From contig NC_086097.1 of the NCBI RefSeq assembly GCF_963921235.1, positions 85,500,001-85,564,000 of the forward strand: DNA of 64,000 bases, in the 5' to 3' direction. Origin of the DNA: Mobula hypostoma. Lineage: Eukaryota. Of the stretch, positions 54,201-64,000 are shown piece by piece. Position 1 is the first letter of the stretch. The number at the start of each line of letters is the position of its first letter. The translations under genes and the position numbers were made by a program. Below the pieces are notes generated by a model. That model was not told the DNA's origin and did not search any database. It saw only the letters and a list, made by a program, of their open reading frames with translations.

Positions 54201-57140
54201 CAGTCTCCTCCACCAACCTCCGTCCCCCAAGCTCCCCCACCAACCTCCCCCTCCAACCTCCTCCACCAACCTCCACCCCCCACCTCCCCCACCAATGACC
54301 TCCACCAACCTCCCACACCAACCTCCATCCCCCAACGTCCCCCACCGATCTCCCCCATCAACCTCCCACACCAACCTCCTCCAGCAACCTCCTCCACCAA
54401 CCTCCCACACCAACCTCCTCCACCAACCTCCGTCCCCCAACCTCCCCCACCAACCTCCCACACCAACCTCCCCCACCAACCTCCTCCAACAACCTCCCCC
54501 ACCAACCTCCCACACCAATCTCCTCCACCAACCTCCCACACCAATCTCCTCCACCAATCTCCGTCCCCCAAGCTCCCCCACCAACCTCCCCCTCCAACCT
54601 CCTCCACCAACCTCCCCCACCAACCTCCATCCCTCAACTTCCCACACCAACCTCCTCCACCAACCTCCCACACCAACATCCTCCACCAACTTCCACCCCC
54701 CACTTCCCCCACCAACCTCCCCCACCAACCTCCACCCCCTACCTCCCCGACCAACCTCCACCCCCCACCTCCCCACCATCCTCCACCAACCTCCCACACC
54801 AACCTCCTCCACCAACTTCCACCCCCCACCTCCCCCACCAACCTCCTCCACCAAACTCCATCCTCCAACCTCCCACACCAACCTCCCCCACCAACCGCCT
54901 CCACTAACCTCCCACGCCAACATCCCCCACCAACCTCCTCCACACTCCACCCCCACCTCCCCTACCAACATCCTCCACCAACCTTCACCCCCCACCTCCC
55001 CCACCAATGACCTCCACCAACCTCCCACACCAACCTCCATCCCCCAACATCCCACACCAACCTCCTCCACCAACCTCCACCCCCCACCTCCCCCACCAAT
55101 GACCTCCACCAACCTCCCACACCAACCTCCATCCCCCAACGTCCCCCACCGATCTCCCCCATCAACCTCCCACACCAACCTCCTCCAGCAACCTCCTCCA
55201 CCAACCTCCCACACCAACCTCCTCCACCAACCTCCCACACCAACCTCCTCCACCAACCTCCGTCCCCCAACCTCCCCCACCAATCTCCCACACCAACCTC
55301 CCCCACCAACCTCCTCCAACAACCTCCCCCACCAACCTCCCACACCAATCTCCTCCACCAACCTCCCACACCAATCTCCTCCACCAACCTCCGTCTCCCA
55401 AGCTCCCCCACCAACCTCCCCCTCCAACCTCCTCCACCAACCTCCCCCACCAACCTCCTCCACCAACATCCCCTACCAACCTCCTCCACTAAACTCCCAC
55501 ACCAACCTCCATCCCTCAACTTCCCACACCAACCTCCTCCACCAACCTCCCACACCAACATCCTCCACCAACTTCCACCCCCCACTTCCCCCACCAACCT
55601 CCTCCACCAACCTCCATCCCCCAACCTCCCCCACCAACCTCCCCCATCAACCTCCCACACCAACCTCCCCCACCAACCTCCTCCAACAACCTCCCCCCCA
55701 ACCTCCCACACCAATCTCCTCCACCAACCTCCGTCCCCCAAGCTCCCCCACCAACCTCCCCCTCCAACCTCCTCCACCAACCTCCCCCACCAACCTCCTC
55801 CACCAACCTCCCCTACCAACCTCCTCCACTAAACTCCCACACCAACCTCCCCCACCAACCTCCACCCCCCACTTCCCCGACCAACCTCCACCCCCCACCT
55901 CCCCACCGTCCTCCACCAACCTACCACACCAACCTCCATCCCTCAACTTCCCACACCAACCTCCCACACCAACATCCTCCACCAACTTCCACCCCCACTT
56001 CCCCCACCAACCTCCTCCACCAACCTCCATCCCCCAAATTCCCACACCAACCTCCGTCCCTCAACCTCCCCCACCAATGACCTCCACCAACCTCCTCCAC
56101 CAACCTCCACCCCCCACCTCCCCCACCAACCTCCTCCACCAACCTCCCACACCAACCTCCATCCCCCAAATTCCCACACCAACCTCCTCCACCAACCTCC
56201 GTCCCCCAACCTCCCCCACCAACCTCCCCCATCAACCTCCCACACCAACCTCCTCCACCAACCTCCCACACCAACCTCCTCCACCAACCTCCCACACCAA
56301 CCTCCTCCACCAACCTCCATCCCCCAACCTCCCCCATCAACCTCCCACACCAACCTCCCCCACCAACCTCCTCCAACAACCTCCCCCACCAACCTCCCAC
56401 ACCAACCTCCTCCACCAACCTCCTACACCAACCTCCTCCACCAACCTCCGTCCCCCAACCTCCTTCACCAACCTCCCCCACCAACCTCCTCTAACAACCT
56501 CCCCCACCAACCTCCCACACCAACCTCCTCCACCAACCTCCGTTCCCCAACCTCCCCCACCAACCTCCCCCTCCAACCTCCTCCACGAACCTCCCACACC
56601 AACCTCCCCCACCAACCTCCACCCCCCACCTCCCCGACCAACCTCCACCCCCCACCTCCCCACCATCCTCCACCAACCTCCCACACCAACCTCCTCCACC
56701 AACTTCCACCCCCCACCTCCCCCAGCAACCTCCTCCACCAAACTCCATGCTCCAACCTCCCACACCAACCTCCCCCACCAACCTCCTCCACTAACCTCCC
56801 ACGACAACCTCCCCCACCAACCTCCTCCACCCTCCACCCCCACCTCCCCTACCAACATCCTCCACCAACCTCCACCCCCCTCCCCCACCAATGACCTCCA
56901 CCAACCTCCCACACCAACCTCCATCCCCCAACATCCCACACCAACCTCCTCCACCAACCTCCACCCCCCACCTCCCCCACCAACCTCCTCCACCAACCTC
57001 CCACACCAACCTCCATCCCCCAAATTCCCACACCAACCTCCTCCACCAACCTCCCACACCAACCTCCTCCACCAATCTCCCACACCAACCTCCTCCACCA
57101 ACCTCCCACACCAACCTCCTCCACCCACCTCCTCCACCAA
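42218..57140. repeat. ~14.9 kb C/A-rich minisatellite, ~13-nt variant units (CCACCAACCTCCC / CCACCAACCTCCT / ACACCAACCTCCC)
   Basis: Direct inspection; plus strand almost devoid of G; CCAACCTCC recurs throughout. Confidence 0.98.
42316..51888. repeat. Higher-order tandem duplication, 2 x ~4786-4787 bp (42316-47102 and 47103-51888)
   Basis: Identical ORF translations at constant offsets (42317/47104; 43662/48448; 45952/50738); the marker ccccaaaatccctc occurs at ~42327 and ~47114. Confidence 0.95.
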
Positions 57141-58084
57141 CCAGACAGTGATGCAGCTGGTTAGAATGCTCTCCACAGTACATCTGTAGAAATTTCTGAG
57201 TGTCTTTGGTGACATACCAAATCTCCTTAAATTCCTGATGAAATATATCTGCTATCATGCCTTCTTTGCAGCTGCATCGATATGTTGGGTCCAGGTTAAG
57301 TCCTCAGAGACACTGACATTCAGGAACTTGAAATGTTCACTTACCACTTTTGATCCCTCTCTGAGGACTGGCATGTGTTCCCTTGTCTTACCCTTTCTGA
57401 AGTCCACAATTAATTCTTTGGTCTTATTGACATTGAGTGCAAGGTTGTTGCTGCCGTTGACACCACTCAACCAGCTGGTATATCTCACTCCTGTATGCCC
57501 TCTGTTACCATCTGAAATACTGCCAATCATAGTTGTATCATCAGTAAATTGATAGATGGCATTTGAGCTGTTCCTAGCCACACAGTCGTGGGTATAGAGA
57601 GAGGAGAGCAATGGGCTAAGCACATCTCCCTGTGGAATGCCAGGGTTGATTGTCAGAGAAGTGGAGGTGTTATTTCCAATCCACACAGTCTTCCGGTAAG
57701 GAAATGAGGATCCAGTTGCAAAGGGAGATACAGAGGCCGAGGTTCTGTAGCTTTTCAATCAGGACAGTAGAAATGATGGTGTTAAATACTGAGCTGTAGT
57801 CAATAAACAGCATTCTGACATAGGTATTTGTATTGTCCAACTGATCTAAGGCTGTGTGAAGAGCCAATAAGATTGCATCTGCTGTAGACCCATTGTGCCA
57901 ATAGGCAAATTGCAGTGGGTCCAGGACCTCGCTGAGGCAGAATTTAATTCTAGCCATGACCAACATCTCAAAGCACTTCATCAACGTAGATATGAGCAAT
58001 ACCTGATAGCATTCTCTTGGCTTTCCTAATTATTTACTGCACCTGCAAACATACCTTTGGCAAATTATGTACTTCACAGTCCAA

Positions 58085-58870
58085 ACTAAATTTATTATCC
58101 AAGTACATATATGTCACCAATACAACTCTGAGATTTGTTTTCTTGTGGGCATACTCAATAAATCCAATAACCATAATAGAATCAATGAAAGGTCACACCC
58201 AAAAGGGCAGAAAACCAGTGTGCAAAAGACAACAAACTGCAAATACAAAAGAAAAAAAAACTAATAAATAAATAAGCAATAAATATCAAGAACATGAGAT
58301 GAAGAGTACTTGAAATTAAGTCTGTAGGTTGTGGGAACAGTTCAGTAATGGGGCAAGTGAAGTTATATCCTTGGTTCAAGAGCCTGATGGTTGAGGGATA
58401 ATAATTATTCCTGAGCCCGGTGGTGTGCATCCTAAGACTCTTATACTTCCTTCCTGATGACAGTAGCAAGAAGACAGCATAGCCTGGATGATGGGAGTCC
58501 TTGCTGATGGAAGCTGCCTTTCCTGCGACAATACTCCATATGAAAGTGCTCAATAGTGAGAAAGGCTTTACCCATGACAGACTGGGCCACATCCACTACC
58601 TTTTGTAGGATTTTCCATTCAAGAGCATTGGTGTTTCCTTCCCAGGCCATGATGCAGCCAGTCAATGTACTCCCCACCACACATCTATAGAAGTTTGTCA
58701 AAGTTTTAGATGTCATGCCAAATCTTCTTGAACTTCTAAGGAAGTAGAGGTGCTTCCGTGCTTTCTTCGTAATTGCACTCACGAGCTGGGCCCAGGACAG
58801 CTCTGCTGACATTATAATACAGAGGGATTTAAAGCTATTGACCCTGTCTGCCTCTGATCCCCCAGTTGTC
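58085..58870 (-). mobile_element. Rex1/Babar-like 3' fragment
   Basis: ITKKARKHLYFLRSSRRFGMTSKTLTNFYRCVVGSTLTGCIMAW; LLSSGRKYKSL...YPSTIRLLN. Confidence 0.85.
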
Positions 58871-59229
58871 CCCCAGTTGACGGGGGGGGGGGGAATACCA
58901 TTGGACACCAGATCTTTCTGCATATCAGAGCTCTACAATCTATCACCTTTCAGATAACATGCCTTGCTGTGATGCAGGTTTTTGGATTCTTTGGAATTGA
59001 GTATTATGGGGAACAAGGAGGAATATTGATTGAGGCCAAGTTCTGAACAGCATAGTCTGATTGAAAGAAGAGGAAGCACAAAGGGCTGATTGGGCTCCTG
59101 TTTCTTATGATCCTCAATAAATGACAAACTTGCCAGTGCTGGCCAAATCCAGAAACAGAATGGCAGTTGTCAACATTGATGTGAAGCAAAAAGGCTGATA
59201 GAGAAGCCAAAAAAATTACTGACAATGCA

Positions 59230-59360
59230 GACACAAGAGAAAGCAGATGCAGGAATCTGGAGCAAAAAAAACGAACTGCTGGAGGGATCTCCTGATGAAA
59301 GGTCTTGATCTGATACTCCAATTATCCCCTTGCCTCCACAAATGCTGCTTGACCAGTAGT
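59230..59360. mobile_element. Decayed Penelope pLTR-related inverted fragment
   Basis: gcagatgcaggaatctggagc..ctgctggagg followed by plus-strand CTGATGA-AAGGTCTTGATCT-GATA, a decayed hammerhead-like motif. Confidence 0.55.
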
Positions 59361-60360
59361 TTGTTTTTTTTTGTTTTACTTACAATACAGATTCTCCTGT
59401 CTTATAGCCAACATTTTTAATAATCCTTATTTATCAATAATATAATCTGATACTGAGGTTGGCTCTTCATTATTGGTCAAAAAAGATTCTTTGCAGAATT
59501 AGGCTTGTATGCCAACTTGATTCTTTCAGATACACTCAACATGCCACAGATAAATGACTGGTGACCAAAATGTTTCACAAGAAGGTTATCAATGAGAATG
59601 GCTGCACTACACAGTAACTGTGTTATGTTTGTGGCTCAGGGTTCAAAAGACATATCGTTTTACGCTGTTTCTGGATCCAATTGTATGAATTTGATCACTC
59701 ACGTTCAACCCCTACAGCTCTTGGACTTCCTTCCCAGAGAAAGCCTCCCTCCCCATCCACATTGATTCCACCTCCTCCTTCCTCACTCCCAGCACATCAT
59801 TGCCCCTCTCATCCAACAGCAATTGGCTTGTCTCTTTCACTCTTCTTGACACAGCTTCACAGCGGTCTCCTCCTTCTGAGGTCTTCACTTCCCAAGTCTC
59901 CAGACTCCATGCTTTCACTTCTTTTCAATCCCCTTCCTCACTTTCATCATTATGGGTTTCTCAATACATGCAACGGTATCTTCAGATATTGTTAAAGCAT
60001 CCATATAGAGGTAAATATTGAAATAATTTACGTATGATCTAACTGAGAATTGCTGGGGGTAACCATGTGGCATGAAGCCATTGTAAGTGAACCTCTGACT
60101 ACAAATGGATAGATAAGAACGAAATTGGTCAGTTCAAATGCTAGTATTTAATTTGTCTCAAATCAAATTTATTCAAACAAGAAGTTATTGTTAGATTAAA
60201 AAGGCTGCAAAGAAATTAATTAGAACATAAAGGGTGAGGTTGAATCCTGATGGCCCCATTCCTTTGAGGAATAGGACCAATCTCATATGGTCATGCAGTC
60301 CTTCGTATGAACATATGAGATTGGCCCTATTCCTTGGTCAGGCTAAAATAATGGCAACCA

Positions 60361-60414
60361 CACCAGTAGGAAGCTTATTTTGTTACACACCAGTAGGAAG
60401 CTTATTTGGTTACA
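60361..60414. repeat. 27-bp tandem duplication
   Basis: caccagtaggaagcttattt(t/g)gttaca x2. Confidence 0.9.
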
Positions 60415-61099
60415 CATTTGGGAGCATCTCATCAACAAAAGCATTGCAGCTTGAAGAGCGGGAAAGGGATCAGGGAACAATTATGTGTGGGAATAGCTCA
60501 TGAAACTGCCTGAAGCAACAGTCTGAGAAGGTGAGCTCGATCATTTTGGGTCTCAATGAGTCAGCCTGTATGAGATTAGTATTAAACTGTAATGCACTAA
60601 TATTTGGACAAAGCACTTGATGCTGAGCCGTGAGAATTTATTATAAGTTCCCCATACCATTCAGCTGTTGTGGACAATGGTGGATTTGACTATATCAAAA
60701 GCTGCAGACAGGATGAGGACAAGAAATAATTGCCCAAGACTATCACAATCATTTAGAAAGACATTACTGACATTCTTCCTCTTCTAGACCTTCGAAGCAA
60801 TAGGATATTATTGGATAGGAAGTCATCCTAAAGTCAGGAATCAAATACATTGTACATCATGCTGAAAAAGTTCCAGCTAAGTTTCCTTTCTGTTGACTTC
60901 ATGGGGAAAAAATGTTAAAACCCTGTGTTCCAATCCTATCATGAATGAGAACTAAAATTTACGTTTCAGCAAATTGTATGGACACAAACGGAATCAGTTC
61001 TCTTACATTTTTTTTCATGGAAGGGAGCTTGAGCTGACCTACACGATTCAAATCTCACAATCTTTGCAAATCTAAACAAAGAAAACTGTGAGGGTACAA

Positions 61100-62095
61100 A
61101 AGGCTAGTTAACTGTATTTGATGGGCCGACTACATCGAAAGGTGTGATGGTAGACAAGCAAAAGTTAGCAATTAAAGAAATTATCCATGCCATGTGCTAC
61201 AAAGGAAAATTCCTTTCAAGTACAGAAACAAAAAGTAAAAATGATTCATCTACAGCTAACAAAGGAATTGTTGATTCAAAGGAAGTGATGTACAAGATTC
61301 CTGGAGGTGTGCATGAGTATTGGCAGAATCAAAGTCATCACCATAGGAGGACCAAGAAACTTATAAAGAAAGGTAAGATAGAATGTAAGAGGAGACTTGT
61401 GGGAATACAGGCTGTAAGAGCTTTTACGGATATAGATGAAGGAAAAAGACCAGCAAGGGCAAATATGGGCCCTTTTCAGACAGAGATGAGAGAATTTATC
61501 ATGGGGTATAAGGAAATGTCAGGCAAATTAAACAATTACTTTGCATCTGTTTTCACAGACATGTTACAGAATCAAGGGTCTTGGGGAATGAGGAACTGAA
61601 TGAATTAACAATTAAACTAAAATAGTGTTGCAGAAGTCAATGAGTTTGAAAGCTGGCTTATTGGGTAGCATTGCTGTTCAAATGGAATTAGGTGTCACTG
61701 AAGGCCAATATGCTAGTGCAATAAATAGATAGGAAGGTATTTACTGTAGACAGGCACATGAACATACAAAAATATAGGGTTATGGACCATGTGCAGGTAG
61801 TTCAACTTGGCATTAATGTTGTAACAGACATGGTGGACCCACAGGCCAGTTCCTTTGCTGTACTGTTCTATGTCCTTAACAGTGTGTTAGCCATTATAAT
61901 AACAGTATTTTATTAAAAGATTAAGGAAGTGTTATTACAAATGTACAGGGCTTTGATGAGATCACACCCAATATACTATGTACAGTTTTGGTCTCATTAC
62001 CGAAGATCTTGCTATAGAGATAGCATAGCAAAAATTAACTCAAATATGTCCAGGAGTGACACGACCGACACATATAGAGAGAGGCTGAGATTATA
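61100..62095 (+). mobile_element. Old CR1 fragments
   Basis: KLNNYFASVFT, LQMYRALMRSHPIYYVQFWSHY; CR1 3' tail gctgtactgttctatg at ~61857-61872. Confidence 0.7.
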
Positions 62096-63197
62096 TCTAT
62101 ATATTACAAAAACTCCCACGCTCTGTCTGTCTGATTGTCTGTTTGTGACCTCCAATTAGCGCAAATGGTGCATTACCATTTATTGACTAAGTCGAATTAA
62201 AATGTGCTAACTTACAGAATGCAGGCAAAGTTCAGGGTTATATATTCATATAAAATTGCTCATTCGCCAAAATCAACAGGCTTGTTTTCACCCGAGAGCC
62301 GATCCGCCACCATGGAAATCGGGACACGACAACCCGATGCATGCGCACGGCCAGCCTCAGCAGCGACACCTACTGGAGCAAAAGGGCAGGGCAGCTCTAT
62401 TTCAAGGGGTCACATTCTGCTAATCACCATCAGCATGTGCAGGATTGGGACAGATCTAACTGCCACCCATCAATAAGAGATAATTAAATCTTATTGTAAT
62501 GACGTACTTCGAGACTCCCATAAAACACTTTGCTGCAGCCAAAGGACAGCGGTGACTATATCAAGTCCACTTAGGAGAGCGCCAACCACATCATCAAGAA
62601 TAATCAGCATCCTTTGGTGTTACTGCTTCGTATCTTCTATCCAGCATTAGGGTAAAGAAAATGGTCAGCCTAATTATGCCACATGGAAAGGGAAGGGGGA
62701 CATTATGGTCAAGAGATGATGCCAAACATCATCAGGAAGCGGCAAGGAGAGGGAGAGGTTAAGAATTGGATGAGGCCGGGGCCGCACAACTCCAGGATCA
62801 AAGAGTCAGGACAAAAAAAGATGAGAGAAGAAGAGACAAAGGAGGAGAGGCATGCACGTCTCCAGAATCAGAGACAAACAACAAACAGCAGAAGAGATGA
62901 AGAGATGAAGAGACGGGGGATGAAGGGGCTGCTTGTCTCCAGAATGACAACGAGAGGCACAAAGGTGGCAGATCAACCAGAAATGATGCCAACAAAAGTG
63001 TCCTTCGTTGAACGAGGAGGAGCTATATTTGCTTTGCTACGCATTGCTCTTCTTTAATAAATTGAGGTTTGCTACTTCAGTTTCCAATGCAAAGCGATAC
63101 CAATAGCATTCAGGAAAATTTAATGTTCATTCTGGTCACATCAGACTGCACTACCCCTCTCTCAAAGGGTGCCCCAACGGGTCACCCCGTTGTCTAT
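62096..63197 (+). mobile_element. Non-autonomous Helitron
   Basis: 5' A|TCTATATATTAC; 3' hairpin CAACGGG-tcac-CCCGTTG (63175-63192) then CTAT|T; no TSD; internal ETKEERHARLQ peptide resembling Helitron RepHel N-terminal repeats. Confidence 0.8.
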
Positions 63198-63619
63198 TCT
63201 TTACTAAAACCGAAGTCTCTGAAGACTTTGGATTTTTACTTAGGTGCCTCTGTTTCTAAAGCTCCATTGCACATGTGCTATTTTTATTAGTCCTTCCACA
63301 ATGCATCACCTCACACTTATCATGAAGAAATTCCAACTGCATTGCTCCACGTCTCATCACACTAATCAACATCAGTTGTAGCCTGACTACTGTCTTTACC
63401 AAAAACAACTTCACCAATTTTCACATCAAAATTGTTATTGCATACAACAGCACTGATCCCTGTTGTACAATCCAGTCACAAAAAAAGATCCTCCACCGTC
63501 ACTTTCTGCTTCCAATTGCTTACACAATTGTCAGTCCAGTTCCCCAACTTTTCCTGCCTCTTACAGATCCTTAGGCCATGTGGGCCTACCAGAGACTCTG
63601 TACACTAAAGCTTTTTAGA

Positions 63620-63875
63620 GATGAGCTTTATTTGTCACATGTACATCGAAACATGCAGTGAAATGCATCATCTGCATCAGGTCAAATAGGCGAGGATTGT
63701 GCTGGGCAGCCAGCAAGTGTTGCCACATTTCCGGTGCCGACAAAGCATGCCCAGAACTCACTCATCCTAACCCGTACATCTTTGGAATGTGGGAGGAAAC
63801 TGGAGCAGCCAGAGGAAACCCACGTGGTCACGGGGGGAACGTACAAACTCCTTACAGACGCTGGTGGGAGTCACA
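63620..63875 (-). mobile_element. SINE (V-SINE-like core with LINE-derived tail)
   Basis: ctttggaatgtgggaggaaactggagca..gaggaaacccacgtggtcacgggg..gtacaaactcc core on the minus strand. Confidence 0.75.
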
Positions 63876-64000
63876 GCTAATAGTTCTTGGCACGATGACA
63901 AATGATCTTGATTCCATCCAAGGTCTCAATCTTATCATATTCTGACTGGGGCAAGAGGTGGGTCTGGGATGGGGCGGTATTGGGGACCTGCATTTCGACA

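Larger units (their letters stand above)
41890..58000 (-). mobile_element. Rex1/Babar-like LINE split in two (41890-42217 and 57141-58000) by the minisatellite
   Basis: RT motifs [59 protein letters not shown]; ...RCTVESILTSCITVW | array | (G)ATSEDR*KLLKVVNLVSSIMGTSL...KAASIIKDLHHPGHA. Confidence 0.9.

Noticed and set aside
42218..57140. Telomeric repeat, CRISPR array or immunoglobulin switch region
   Set aside because: No (TTAGGG)n arrays, no constant repeat with unique spacers, no AGCT-rich motif density and no Ig exons nearby.
42218..57140. Similarity of GTTGGTGG to bacterial Chi (GCTGGTGG) and to minisatellite core sequences
   Set aside because: Short mismatched similarity expected in any G-rich repeat; no functional inference is possible.
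42856..57189. Very long Pro/Thr/His-rich ORFs (up to 1097 aa) resembling mucin/extensin, and Gly/Trp/Val-rich antisense ORFs
   Set aside because: The ~13-nt unit is not a multiple of 3, and all frames on both strands stay open because the composition rarely forms stop codons. There is no signal peptide or domain, and the array lies inside a dead LINE.

Overview
Vertebrate non-coding DNA dominated by repeats. The repeat content (esterase-type CR1 LINEs, Rex1/Babar-like LINEs, Penelope-like elements, tRNA-head SINEs) suggests a cartilaginous fish, probably a ray; this is an inference. No host protein-coding gene could be recognised. The window holds a near-intact full-length CR1 (22.3-26.5 kb), many decayed and nested CR1, Rex and Penelope copies, two related solo LTRs, a hAT element, a Tigger/pogo element, Tc1-type mini-MITEs and a non-autonomous Helitron. 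The dominant feature is a ~14.9 kb C/A-rich minisatellite (42.2-57.1 kb) with a ~13-nt core CCACCAACCTCCY and a near-perfect ~4.79 kb higher-order duplication. It sits between two adjacent codons of a Rex-like LINE and appears to have grown from that LINE's own TGGTATGG/G-run sequence. The long Pro-rich and Gly/Trp-rich ORFs there are compositional artefacts. The Penelope terminal repeats contain decayed minimal hammerhead-ribozyme motifs, and several occur as hairpin insertions. Family names come from motif recognition, not database searches. Boundaries are approximate unless TSDs or TIRs are quoted.
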